Assembly: GCA_963789955.1 (NCBI GenBank)
Contig: CAWBMV010000006.1
Location: 128,001-192,000, forward strand
DNA: 64,000 nucleotides
Direction of reading: 5' to 3'
Origin: an uncultured Candidatus Rokubacteria bacterium
GTDB lineage: Bacteria; Methylomirabilota; Methylomirabilia; Rokubacteriales; CSP1-6
How positions within the stretch are numbered: the stretch's first letter is position 1; each line of letters begins with the position of its first letter. Position numbers and translations under genes: made by a program. The notes under the pieces were generated by a model that worked only from the letters and a program-made list of their open reading frames with translations, had not been told where the DNA came from and made no database searches. This document shows, piece after piece, positions 28,235 through 38,691 of the stretch.

Positions 28235-30031
28235 TCAAGACTGCCGGTACCAGTATGCGAGGCGCCACAGATACGAATCCCACCCCGAGAGGTCGTTGCC
28301 CTTGAGGCGATTCGATACTCCCGCGACGGCGTTGCGCCACACGATCGGAATCACGACGACGTTCTGGGTGAGCATGTCGTTCATCCGGATGATCAGGGCG
28401 GCACGCTTGGCCGGGTCCATCTCGCTCTCGGCGGCCTTCCAGATCCGATCGTACTCCTCGTTCCGCCAGCGCGTGGTGTTGCGCCGCGCCCACTTGTTCT
28501 CTTTCGAGCACACCTCCGCCGAGGTGAAGTTCGACATGAAGGTCTGCGGATCGGGCGCGTTCGGCCCGGTGCTGTACATCTGGAGGTCGGCGTAGAACTT
28601 GGTGTAGGTGTCGGGGTTGGCGACGTCGGACGAGAAGAAGACGGACGAGACGACGGACTTCAGCTCGACCTCGATGCCCGCCTTCGCGCAGGCTTGCTTC
28701 ACGATGGACTGCGTCTTCTGGCGCTCCGGGTTGATCGAGGTCTGGAACACGAGCTTGAGCCGCTTGCCATCCTTGCCCCGGACACCGTCCGCGCCGCGGC
28801 GCCAGCCGGCGCCGTCGAGGATCTGATTGGCGCGGTCGACGCTGAATTCCCAGCGCATGTTCGGCGAGCGAAAGCGCGGCGGCCCGTTGAGGAAGTTCGG
28901 CGTCGCCTGACCCTGGCGGCCGTAGATCTCCTCGTGGATGGCGCCGCGGTCGACCAGGAGATTCAATGCCGAGCGGACCGCGGGGTCGGTCAGGAACGGG
29001 TGAGTGGTCTTGATGGACGACCGCTCGCCGTCGACCTCTTTCCACGGGTCCGTGTTGTTGAGCTGCATGTGCTCGATGGCGCCACCGGTCGCGATGTCGA
29101 GATGGCCTTTGCCGCCTTGCTCGAATCGTTTCAGCACGTCGTCCGCCACCTGCATGTTCCAGGCGAAGTCGTACTCGCCCGTCTGGAGCACGGCGCGGGC
29201 CGCGGACGCGGCGTCACCGCCGCCTTTCATCTCGAACTGGTCGAAGAACGGGCGATTCGGGACGTGGTACGCGGGATTGATCTCGCCCCGGACGAGATCG
29301 CCCGGCCTGAAATCGACGAAGCGGTAGGGTCCGGTGCCGACCGGTTTCAGGTTGGTCGGCGCCTCGCGCGACTTGTCGCCCTTGAAGGCCTGGAAGAGAT
29401 GCTTGGGGATGATCATGCCGCGTGCCCCGCAGAAGGCGTCGAACCAGAAGGGGTTCGGATTCTTGAACGACAGTCGGACGGTGTGGCTATCGACCTTCTC
29501 GACCCGCTCGATATCGCGGTAGGTCGTGATCGTGACGGCCGCGGTGGCCGGGTCGGCCGCGTATTCCCAGTTGAAGACGAGATCGTCGGCGGTGAACGGC
29601 TTTCCGTCGTGCCAGGTCACACCGCGCTTGAGCTTCCAGGTGACCGATTTCCCGTCGCGCGCCAGGCCGCCGTTCTCGACCGTCGGAATCTCCTGGGCAA
29701 GGATGGGGAAGAGATTGCCTTCGGGATCGAACGCCGCGAGCGGCTCGTAGAACACGCGCGAGCCGTCCTGGTCCTTGGTGCCGACCGCGAAGTGCGGGTT
29801 GAGCAGGGTCGGCGCCTGCCACCAGAGCACCTTGAGTTGCCCGCCGCCGCCCCGCCGAGTCGGGGCGAACCCATCGCTTCGCGGCTGGGCCTCGAGCTTC
29901 GCGGCACCGAGAAGCTGCGCCGCGATCGGCGCGCTGAGGCCGAGGCCGACCATGAGCCGGGTGAAGGCGCGGCGCGAGAGACGGGCGGCTCGAACGTCCG
30001 CGATGAGGTCGTGGATCTGTCGTTCGTCCAT
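28235..30031 (-). CDS. Peptide ABC transporter substrate-binding protein (paralog)
   Basis: LSRRAF leader; long identical stretches with the downstream copy (WWQAPTLLNPHFA, GDKSREAPTNLKPVGTGPY). Confidence 0.92.
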   Translation of the reverse strand: MDERQIHDLIADVRAARLSRRAFTRLMVGLGLSAPIAAQLLGAAKLEAQPRSDGFAPTRRGGGGQLKVLWWQAPTLLNPHFAVGTKDQDGSRVFYEPLAAFDPEGNLFPILAQEIPTVENGGLARDGKSVTWKLKRGVTWHDGKPFTADDLVFNWEYAADPATAAVTITTYRDIERVEKVDSHTVRLSFKNPNPFWFDAFCGARGMIIPKHLFQAFKGDKSREAPTNLKPVGTGPYRFVDFRPGDLVRGEINPAYHVPNRPFFDQFEMKGGGDAASAARAVLQTGEYDFAWNMQVADDVLKRFEQGGKGHLDIATGGAIEHMQLNNTDPWKEVDGERSSIKTTHPFLTDPAVRSALNLLVDRGAIHEEIYGRQGQATPNFLNGPPRFRSPNMRWEFSVDRANQILDGAGWRRGADGVRGKDGKRLKLVFQTSINPERQKTQSIVKQACAKAGIEVELKSVVSSVFFSSDVANPDTYTKFYADLQMYSTGPNAPDPQTFMSNFTSAEVCSKENKWARRNTTRWRNEEYDRIWKAAESEMDPAKRAALIIRMNDMLTQNVVVIPIVWRNAVAGVSNRLKGNDLSGWDSYLWRLAYWYRQS

Positions 30032-30242
30032 GAGATCGTCCTCCTGCCGGTGGCCGTCGGGCGTCCCGTCGGCGGGCGCATGCTTCCGTCGCCGGGTCTG
30101 CTCGTCGGTGAGGACTCGCGCGGGCCAGCCAGGTCCGCCTACTATATGCAAGCGCCCGGGTCGGAGCAAATCGGCGCCCGGCCTGTATTGGTATACTTTT
30201 GCGAGTTTCTTTCGGCACGACCGGAAGGATAGGAGGGCAGGG

Positions 30243-30871
<629 letters not shown>

Positions 30872-30875
<4 letters not shown>

Positions 30876-31612
30876 CGAGTGAGTCGCTCGGCTTCGCGGT
30901 CGCGTTCACGGCGGGATTGTTCTCGTTCCTGTCGCCGTGCGTGCTGCCGCTCTTTCCGTCGTACGTGTCGTTCATCACGGGCATGTCCGTCGCCGACCTC
31001 ACCGCGGAGCTCTCGGCCGCGGCGCGCCGCCGGGTTCTGATCCACGCGGTCGCCTTCGTCCTGGGCTTCTCGCTCGTCTTCGTCGCGCTCGGCGCTTCGT
31101 TCAGCGCCGCGGGGCAGTTCCTGCTCGACTACCGCGACTGGATCCGTCGTATCGGCGGCGCGCTCATCGTGATCTTCGGGCTCTACATCGTGGGTGTTCT
31201 CAGGATCGGCTTCTTCGGACGCTCGCAGCAATGGCAGCTCCGCGAGAAGCCGGCGGGATACCTCGGCTCCCTCGCGGTGGGCATCACGTTCGCGATCGGC
31301 TGGACGCCGTGCGTGGGCCCGATCCTCGGCGCGATCCTGTCGCTGGCCGGGACGGCCGAGACGGTCAAGCGCGGCATCGGCCTCCTGGTCGCCTACTCGG
31401 CGGGGCTCGGGCTGCCGTTCCTGATCTCAGCGGCGGCGCTCGGTCCGTTCCTGGCGTTCTTCAAGCGCTATCGCCGGTTCATCCCCGTCGTCGAGCGCGC
31501 GGCCGGCGTGGTCCTCGTCGTCGTCGGTGTCCTCGTCTTCACGAACTACTACGTCGTGCTGAACTCCTGGGCGGTCTCGCTCACCCCCGACTGGCTCCTC
31601 AAGCGGCTGTAG
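30872..31612 (+). CDS. ccdA: Cytochrome c biogenesis protein CcdA
   Basis: SFLSPCVLPL and GWTPCVGPILG. Confidence 0.92.
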
Positions 31613-31616
31613 CCGC

Positions 31617-32516
31617 GTGCGCGTTCACGTCCGAGTTCCCGCGACGTCAGCGAACCTCGGTCCCGGCTTCGACGCTCTCGGGCTCGCGCTCGCTCTCTAC
31701 AACGAGGTCGTCGCCGAGGAACGCGACGGCGTGACCGTCACGATCGAGGGGGAGGGCGCCGACCGCCTCGCCCGCGACGGCGGCAACGTGGTCGCGCGGG
31801 GCGTCAAGCTCGCCTACGAGGCCGCGGGACACGCGTTCAAGGGTTGCGCGCTCGAGTGTGTGAACCGCATCCCGACCGCGCGCGGCCTCGGATCGAGCGC
31901 CGCCGCCTGGGTCGGAGGCCTCGTGGCGGGCAACGCGCTGGTGGGATCGCCGCTCTCGCGGGAGGCGCTGCTGGGGCTCGCGGCGCGGGCGGAGGGCCAC
32001 CCGGACAACGTCGCCGCCGCGGTCTTCGGCGGGCTCACGGTCTCGTGCGTGACTCCGGACGGCGTGACCGCGGTCACCTTGCCGGTGACGAAGAGCCTCT
32101 CGTGGGTCGTGCTGGTGCCCGAAGTGACGAGCACCACGGCCGAAGCGCGCGCGCTGTTGCCACGCTCGGTGCCGCGCGAGGACGCCGTGTTCAACGTGCA
32201 GCGCGTGGCGCTCCTGCTCGCGGGCCTTCAATCCGCGCAGCCCGCGGCGCTCTCGGTCGCGCTCGAGGACCGTCTGCACCAGCCGTACCGATTGAAGCTC
32301 TTTCCCTGGATGCCCGACGTCGCGACGGCGGCTCGGACGGCCGGCGCACTCGGCTGCGTGCTGAGCGGCGCGGGGCCCTCGCTGCTCGCCGTCGTCGACG
32401 GCAACGGCACGGCCGTCGGCCGAGCGATGGAGGAGGCGGCAAGCCGCGCCGGCATTCGGGGCAAGGCCCAGGCGCTGGATGTCGACGCCGCGGGCGCCAC
32501 GAGCCGGGTCTCCTAG
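31617..32516 (+). CDS. thrB: Homoserine kinase
   Basis: VPATSANLGPGFD, PTARGLGSSAAA, EGHPDN, LSGAGP. Confidence 0.95.
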   Translation: MRVHVRVPATSANLGPGFDALGLALALYNEVVAEERDGVTVTIEGEGADRLARDGGNVVARGVKLAYEAAGHAFKGCALECVNRIPTARGLGSSAAAWVGGLVAGNALVGSPLSREALLGLAARAEGHPDNVAAAVFGGLTVSCVTPDGVTAVTLPVTKSLSWVVLVPEVTSTTAEARALLPRSVPREDAVFNVQRVALLLAGLQSAQPAALSVALEDRLHQPYRLKLFPWMPDVATAARTAGALGCVLSGAGPSLLAVVDGNGTAVGRAMEEAASRAGIRGKAQALDVDAAGATSRVS

Positions 32517-32527
32517 GTCGCCGGACC

Positions 32528-33751
32528 ATTTCCGTCTCTCGCCCCGGAACGATCATCCTCGTCGTCTGGGCCGCGCTGGCCGTGGGCAACGGCCTCTACT
32601 TTTCGTTCTCGGTATTCCTGGTGCCACTCATCGAGGAATTCCACTGGTCACGCGGGCTGACCGCGGGCGCCCAGTCGGTGTCGACGATCATCCAGGGCCT
32701 GCTGGCGCCGGTCGCGGGAATTCTCGTCGACCGATTTGGGCCGCGCCGCGTGATCCTCACGGGCACGGTGCTCCTGGCCAGCGCGTCCGTTCTCGGGTCG
32801 ACGATTCACTCGGCCGGCGAGTTCTACGTCTACACCGGCGCACTCGGCGCCGCCGGACTCGTGGGCGTCGGCCCCGTACCGATGGGCGTGCTGCTCTCGC
32901 GCTGGTTCTCGGAGCGTCGAGGACGCGCCGTCGGTGTCGCCTTCTCGGGCATGGGGTTCGGCGTCTTCGTGATGGGGCCGCTCGCTCAGTGGCTGATCGC
33001 GACGATGGGCTGGCGCGTCGCGAGCGCGACCCTGGGCCTCGGGTCCTTCTGCATCCTCGCGCCGATCGTGTGGATCGGCGCTCGCGACCCAGCGCCCGAT
33101 CGGCGCGCGGGCGCGTCGGCTCGCGCGAGCGCCGCCGGCGCCGGCGCGGACCCCGGCTCGGCTCGCGAGTGGACGTTGCAGCGCGCCGTTGCGACGCGCA
33201 CCTTCTGGGCGCTCTGGTTCGCCTACATGTGCACACCGCTGGCGGTGTTCTCCGTGACCACTCACCAGGTCGCGTTCGCGATCGATCGCGGCTTCGAGCC
33301 GCTGCTGGCGGCCAGCGTGTTCGGCGTCATGGGCTTGCTGTCGATCGCCGGACGCGCCAGCTTCGGGCTGGCGGCCGACCGGATCGGCGGCCCGCTCGCG
33401 GCGACCATTTCGTACGGGTGCACGGCGTGTGGATCGCTCGCGCTCCTGGCGCTCGACAGCGATCGCCACGTGGGCTGGCTCGTGGCCTATGCGCTCTTGT
33501 TCGGGCTCGGCTTCGGCGCCCGCGGTCCGATCATCACCGCGATGGCGTCCGATCTCTTCGGCGGCCGCCGCTTCGGGGTGATCTATGGAGCCCTGAGCGT
33601 CGGGAACGGAATCGGTGGCGCAATCGGGCCGTGGTTCGGCGGCGTCGTCCACGACGTCATGGGCTCCTACCGGGTCGTCTTCCTCACGTCGATGGTGTTC
33701 TGCGCGGTGGGCTCCGCGTGCTTCTGGCTGGCCGGACGGCGCTCGTCTTGA
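32528..33751 (+). CDS. MFS transporter (OFA/MCT-like), start codon uncertain
   Basis: GILVDRFGPRR, SRWFSERRGRA, GLAADRIG; about 12 TM segments. Confidence 0.85.
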   Translation: MSVSRPGTIILVVWAALAVGNGLYFSFSVFLVPLIEEFHWSRGLTAGAQSVSTIIQGLLAPVAGILVDRFGPRRVILTGTVLLASASVLGSTIHSAGEFYVYTGALGAAGLVGVGPVPMGVLLSRWFSERRGRAVGVAFSGMGFGVFVMGPLAQWLIATMGWRVASATLGLGSFCILAPIVWIGARDPAPDRRAGASARASAAGAGADPGSAREWTLQRAVATRTFWALWFAYMCTPLAVFSVTTHQVAFAIDRGFEPLLAASVFGVMGLLSIAGRASFGLAADRIGGPLAATISYGCTACGSLALLALDSDRHVGWLVAYALLFGLGFGARGPIITAMASDLFGGRRFGVIYGALSVGNGIGGAIGPWFGGVVHDVMGSYRVVFLTSMVFCAVGSACFWLAGRRSS

Positions 33752-33784
33752 CCTCTCGGGCGCACGATGCTAACTGGATCGGGC

Positions 33785-34918
33785 ATGAGTGACGGCGTCC
33801 TGCCGGACCGTGAGCTGCGCGCGGCGGTGCGCGACGGCTGGATCGTGTCGCCGGTCCCGATCGACGATCAGCAGTTCCAGCCCGCGAGCCTCGACCTGCG
33901 GCTCGGGTCCGACGCCTATCAGCTCCGCGCGAGCTTTCTGCCGTTCCGGGAGAGCGTGCAGAGCCGCCTCGGCGAGCGCGGGCTCACCGAGAGCGACCTC
34001 GTCATCGATCAGCTGTCGCTGGCCGGCGCCGGCGCGACCCTGCAGCGCGGCTCGGTCTATCTCGTGCCCCTGCTCGAGTCGCTCGCTCTGCCGCCGGGCG
34101 TGCGCGGCCGGTCGAATCCGAAGTCGACCACGGGGCGGCTCGATATCTTCACGCGCGTGATCACCGACGCGACGCCGCGCTTCGACGAGATCCGCGCGGG
34201 GTATCGCGGCGCGCTCTACCTGGAAGTGTCACCGCAATCGTTTCCGGTCCGCGTACAGACCGGCGCCTCGCTGAATCAGCTCCGGCTGCTCGCCGGACAG
34301 ACGTCGATGTCGGACGAGGCGCTCGAGACCCTGTATCGCGAGCGGCCGCTGCTCTACGACGACGACGAGCGTCCGCTCCCGCTGGAACGTGTCGTGGTGA
34401 GCGATGGTCTCTACATGGGCATCGATCTCTCCGGCCGATTGACCGACGGAGTCATCGGCTATCGCGCCCATCCCAATCCGCCCGCGGTCGATCTGAGCCG
34501 AATCGGCTTCTACGATCCCGGGGAGTTCTGGGAGCCCATCAAGCGCCCGTCGCGCGATTCGTACATCCTGGAAGCCAACCGCTTCTATATCCTCCTTTCC
34601 AAGGAGCGGATCCGCGTGCCCCCGGAGTTCGCCGCCGAGATGGTCGTTTACGACGCCGGGGCGGGGGAGATCCGCACCCACTACGCCGGATTCTTCGATC
34701 CCGGATTCGGCTGGGGCGATGGAACGATTCTGGGCACCAAGGTGGTCATGGAGGTCAGGGCGCGCGAGGTACCGTTCATGGTGTACGACGGCCAGACCTC
34801 ATTCAAAGTCTTGTTCGAGCGGCTTCGATCGCGCCCCGAGCGGGTCTATGGTGCGGGCCTGGGCTCGTCCTACCAGCGGCAGACCTTGACCCTCAGCAAG
34901 CACTTCAGACGCGTGTGA
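33785..34918 (+). CDS. dcd: dCTP deaminase (long two-domain type)
   Basis: QPASLDLRLG, NPKSTTGRLDIFTR, RTHYAGFFDPGFG, LSKHF. Confidence 0.9.
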   Translation: MSDGVLPDRELRAAVRDGWIVSPVPIDDQQFQPASLDLRLGSDAYQLRASFLPFRESVQSRLGERGLTESDLVIDQLSLAGAGATLQRGSVYLVPLLESLALPPGVRGRSNPKSTTGRLDIFTRVITDATPRFDEIRAGYRGALYLEVSPQSFPVRVQTGASLNQLRLLAGQTSMSDEALETLYRERPLLYDDDERPLPLERVVVSDGLYMGIDLSGRLTDGVIGYRAHPNPPAVDLSRIGFYDPGEFWEPIKRPSRDSYILEANRFYILLSKERIRVPPEFAAEMVVYDAGAGEIRTHYAGFFDPGFGWGDGTILGTKVVMEVRAREVPFMVYDGQTSFKVLFERLRSRPERVYGAGLGSSYQRQTLTLSKHFRRV

Positions 34919-34927
34919 GAAGGGGCG

Positions 34928-34936
34928 TGCTAAAAT
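34928..34936 (+). promoter_or_regulatory. Extended -10 promoter element upstream of pup
   Basis: TG-C-TAAAAT about 60 nt before the pup ATG. Confidence 0.55.
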
Positions 34937-34995
34937 GCGTGCAGTAGTGGTTTCGGGTACTTTGCGACACGGCCCGTTGCCCCATGGAGGGCGAG

Positions 34996-35196
34996 ATGGC
35001 AGAGCAGAAGAAGAAAGAAGTCCGGCCGACCAAGCCCGCAGAAGGTGGAGACGGAGCAGCGCCGAGCCCTGAGCTTGCCAAGAAAGGCAAGAAGATCAAG
35101 GAAGACATCGACAAGCTCCTCGACGAGATCGACGACATCCTGGAAGAGAACGCCGAGGAGTTCGTGAAGAGCTACGTGCAGCGAGGCGGCGAGTAG
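34996..35196 (+). CDS. pup: Prokaryotic ubiquitin-like protein Pup homolog
   Basis: DKLLDEIDDILEENAEEFVKSYVQRGGE C-terminus; disordered-looking N-terminus; GGAGG SD. Confidence 0.9.
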   Translation: MAEQKKKEVRPTKPAEGGDGAAPSPELAKKGKKIKEDIDKLLDEIDDILEENAEEFVKSYVQRGGE

Positions 35197-35198
35197 GA

Positions 35199-35411
35199 AT
35201 GCCGATCTACGAGTATCGCTGCAAGCAGTGTGAAGGCGAGTTCGAGAAGTACGTCGCTGGGGCGTCGACAGCCGTCGCGTGTCCGTCCTGCGCCAGCGAG
35301 CAGGTGATGCGGAAGCTGTCGGTGTTCGGCCTCAAGACCGCCGGCGCACTCCAGTCGTCCGGCATGTCCGGCGGCGGTGGGTGCTGCGGCGGCGGCTGCG
35401 CCTGTCACTGA
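35199..35411 (+). CDS. FmdB-family zinc ribbon protein
   Basis: MPIYEYRCKQC...CPSC; Gly/Cys-rich tail CCGGGCACH. Confidence 0.9.
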   Translation: MPIYEYRCKQCEGEFEKYVAGASTAVACPSCASEQVMRKLSVFGLKTAGALQSSGMSGGGGCCGGGCACH

Positions 35412-35439
35412 GTAGCTCCACGAATCCCGTCTCGCTCTG

Positions 35440-36348
35440 ATGGACCTTCGCCGCCTCGAGATCTTTGCGAAGGTGGCAGAGCTCGGAAGTTTTTCGCGCG
35501 CCGCCGAGGCGCTGTTGCTGACCCAGCCCACGATCTCCGAGCACATCCGCGCCCTCGAAGACGAGCTCGGCGTGCAGCTTCTCGATCGGCTCGGACGCGG
35601 GGCCACGCCCACGCGCGCCGGCGAGCTGATGCTCGGATACGCGCGGCGCATGCTCGCTCTCTCACGTGAAGCCCGCCAGGCGCTCGACCAGTTCCAGGGA
35701 CGGCTGAGCGGACAGCTCGTCGTGGGCGGCTCGACGATTCCCGGGGAGTATCTGCTGCCGGCGCTAATCGGCCAGTTCAAGGCGAAGTACCCGGACATCT
35801 CGATCTCGCTGCTGATCGGCGGCAGCCGCCAGGTGAGCACGTGGGTCGATGACGGTCGGGCCGAAGTGGGTGTGGTCGGCGCGCGTCCGACTCTCCGCAC
35901 CTCGGTCAGCCGCGAGCTCATGCCGGACGAGCTCGTGGTCGTCCTTCCGCCGGAACACCCCTGGGCGGGACGCAAGAGCATCACGCTCGCCGACCTCAAG
36001 CGCGAGCCGTTGATCGTGCGCGAGCAAGGCTCGGGATCGCGCGAGGCGCTCGAGCACGCGCTGGGCGAGGCCAACGTCGACCTGACAGCGCTGCGAGTCG
36101 TCGGCGAGATGGGCTCCACCCAGGCCATCAAGCAGGCGGTGCGCTCCGGCGTCGGGATCTCGATCATCTCGAAGCGGGCCGTCGACGACGAGTGCAAGGC
36201 CGCGCTGCTGTCGTGCGTGAAGCTGAAGGATCTCCGTGTCTCGCGCTTCTTCTACCTGATCACCCACCGCGACCGGAGCCGGTCGCCGCTGGCTCAGGCG
36301 TTCGTCGACTTCGTGGAATCCCAGCTTCCCGCCCGCGCCTCTCAATAG
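35440..36348 (+). CDS. LysR family regulator (CysL-like, selenium-metabolism-associated type)
   Basis: SFSRAAEALLLTQPTIS HTH, GGSTIPGEYLLP, REQGSGSR; ends 4 nt upstream of selD. Confidence 0.88.
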   Translation: MDLRRLEIFAKVAELGSFSRAAEALLLTQPTISEHIRALEDELGVQLLDRLGRGATPTRAGELMLGYARRMLALSREARQALDQFQGRLSGQLVVGGSTIPGEYLLPALIGQFKAKYPDISISLLIGGSRQVSTWVDDGRAEVGVVGARPTLRTSVSRELMPDELVVVLPPEHPWAGRKSITLADLKREPLIVREQGSGSREALEHALGEANVDLTALRVVGEMGSTQAIKQAVRSGVGISIISKRAVDDECKAALLSCVKLKDLRVSRFFYLITHRDRSRSPLAQAFVDFVESQLPARASQ

Positions 36349-36352
36349 GCCT

Positions 36353-37422
36353 ATGGCCGACCACACACACAGCGAGGTCCGGCTCACTTCCTACGCCTCC
36401 TGCGCCGGCTGAGCGTCCAAAATGGCTCCTGGAGATCTCCAGGAGGTGCTGGCAGTACTGAGGCCCGGCGGGACGCCGCCGCCCCCTGAGCTGCTCGTCG
36501 GGACTCGGGCGCGGCCGACGACGCGGCGGTCTATCGCCTCGGGCCCGACCTGGCGATCGTCGAGACGGTGGATTTCTTTCCGCCGGTCGTCGACGACCCG
36601 TGGACGTGGGGCGCGGTCGCGGCCGTGAACGCGATGTCGGACGTCTACGCGATGGGCGGCGAGGTGCTGTTCGCGCTCGCCGTGGCAGGGTTCCCGCGCG
36701 AGATGGCGAAGACGATCATCTCCGAGGTGTTCCGCGGCGGCCGTGACAAGGTCGGCGAAGCCGGAGGCGTGATCGCGGGCGGCCATACCGTCGTCGACGC
36801 CGAGCCGAAGTACGGGCTCTGCGTGACGGGTCGCGTTCATCCCGACCGCATTCTGGTCAAGGGCGGTCTGCGGCCGGGTGACCGAGTCTTTCTCTCCAAG
36901 CCGCTCGGGACCGGCGTGATCACGACCGCGGCGAAGAACGGCGTCGCCGGCGCTGAGCGGCTCGCGGGCGCGGTCGCCAGCATGCTCAGGCTGAACCGTG
37001 TCGCGGCCACCGTCGCCCGCGAGAGCGGCGCGAAGGGCGCGACCGACATCACGGGCTTCGGCTTTCTCGGTCACGCCGGAGAGATGGTCAAGGCCTCCGG
37101 CGCAGGTCTCTCGATCGACGCATCCCGGCTTCCGGTGCTCCCGGGCACACGCGAGCTCGCCGAGAAGGGGCAGTTCAGCGGCGGGATGAAGCGCAACCGG
37201 CGCTACGTCGACGAGGCGTTCGGGAGCGCGCTCACCATCGAGCCGTCGGTGCCGGGCTATCTGGCCTCGCTACTCACGGAAGCGGAGACCTCGGGCGGGC
37301 TCCTGTTTTCGGTCGCCGCCGACCGTGCGGGAGCCGTCGTCGACGCGTTTCGGCGGCGCGGTGAGGAGTGCTGGGAGATCGGTGTCGTGTTGCCGGAGCC
37401 GGTGATCCGCATCAAGGCGTAG
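36353..37422 (+). CDS. selD: Selenide,water dikinase, Sec-containing (UGA 36410-36412; frameshift near 36505)
   Basis: RLTSYASCAG-U-ASKM, DDAAVY, TVDFFPPVVDDP, NAMSDVYAMGG, GGHT, TDITGFG, ETSGGLL. Confidence 0.93.
36426..36445 (+). promoter_or_regulatory. Candidate SECIS of selD
   Basis: CUCCUGGA-GAUC loop-UCCAGGAG perfect 8-bp stem; G-first loop 21 nt after the UGA. Confidence 0.7.
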
Positions 37423-37465
37423 CGGCCCGCCCTTATCGGCTGCGGTCTCCGTTTCTTCGCATTGG

Positions 37466-37482
37466 AATCGGTGTTACCGATT
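37466..37482. promoter_or_regulatory. Palindromic LysR-type box (ATC-N9-GAT / T-N11-A)
   Basis: AATCGGT-GTT-ACCGATT, about 70 nt upstream of the transglutaminase ATG. Confidence 0.55.
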
Positions 37483-37551
37483 TGTCTTCCTGCCGAATCC
37501 CGATATCGTCGAAGGTCATCGAATGGTCAGCCTGAGCTCAAGGAGATCGCC

Positions 37552-38669
37552 ATGAACCGTCGCACCTTCTTGCGCGGCGCCGCCTCGCTCCCGGCACTCG
37601 CCGTCTCGTCCCGTGTCGCGGGCTTCGTGAGCCCCGGCCGGCGCCCAGCAAAAGGAATTCGTGCCGCGGCCCGGAACCTGGCGGACCTTCGAGATCACGA
37701 CGCGGGTCGAGATCCTGGAGCCGGTCGGAGTGACTCGCGCCTGGCTCCCGATTCCGTCGGTCAAGTCCGACTTTCAGAAGCCGCTCGGCGACCAGTGGAC
37801 GGGCAATGCGAAGGTCATGAAGTCCGTGGCCGACAATCCCTACGGCGCCAGCATGCTCTACGCAGAGTTCGCGGCGGGCGAGGCCGCGCCGGTGGTGGAG
37901 CTGACCAGCCGTTTCCAGACGCAGGATCGCGCGATCGACTGGTCGAAGAAGGTGGCGGTCGACGACGACCCGGCGATCGTCAAGACGTGGACGAAGTCGA
38001 CCGATCTGATGCCGACGGACGGGATCGTCCGCGAGACCGCGCTCGAGGTCACCAAGGGCAAGACCACCGATCTCGAGAAGGTGCAAGGCCGTGTACGACT
38101 GGATCCTCGCCAACACCTACCGCGAGCCCAAGGTGCGCGGCTGCGGCGTCGGCGACATCAAGACGATGCTCGAGACGAAGAGCTTCGGCGGCAAGTGCGG
38201 CGACATCAACGGGCTCTTCGTCGGCCTGGTCCGATCCGTCGGCGTGCCCGCCCGCGACGTCTACGGCATCCGCGTGGCACCGTCGGCCTTCGGCTACAAG
38301 GCACTCGGCGCGGGAAGCGCGAACATCAGCAAGGCCCAGCACTGCCGCGCCGAGGTCTTCCTCAAGGACTACGGGTGGGTGGCCATGGATCCCGCGGACG
38401 TGACGAAGGTGGCCCGCGAGGAAACGAGCGAGTGGCTGAAGATCGATCATCCGCTGGTCGAGGCGGTGCGGCCCAAGCTCTTCGGCGGATGGGAAGGCAA
38501 CTGGGTCGCGTTCAACACGGCTCACGACGTGGCGCTGCCGGGCGCGACCCAGGGGGGAAAGCTCGGCTTCTTCATGTACCCGCAGTCGGAGACGGCACAG
38601 GGCCGCCGCGACAGCCTCGACCCTGACAATTTCAAGTACACGATCACCACGCGCGAAATCAAAGCGTGA
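37552..38669 (+). CDS. Tat-exported transglutaminase-like protein (frameshifted)
   Basis: MNRRTFLRG leader; GGKCGDINGLFV, AQHCRAEV, GWVAMDPAD (Cys-His-Asp triad). Confidence 0.85.
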
Positions 38670-38691
38670 CCGTGAGCGCTCGACGGGCGCT

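Noticed and set aside
35409..35411. UGA after the FmdB Cys-rich tail as a possible Sec codon
   Set aside because: No SECIS-like hairpin follows, and read-through would run out of frame into lysR.
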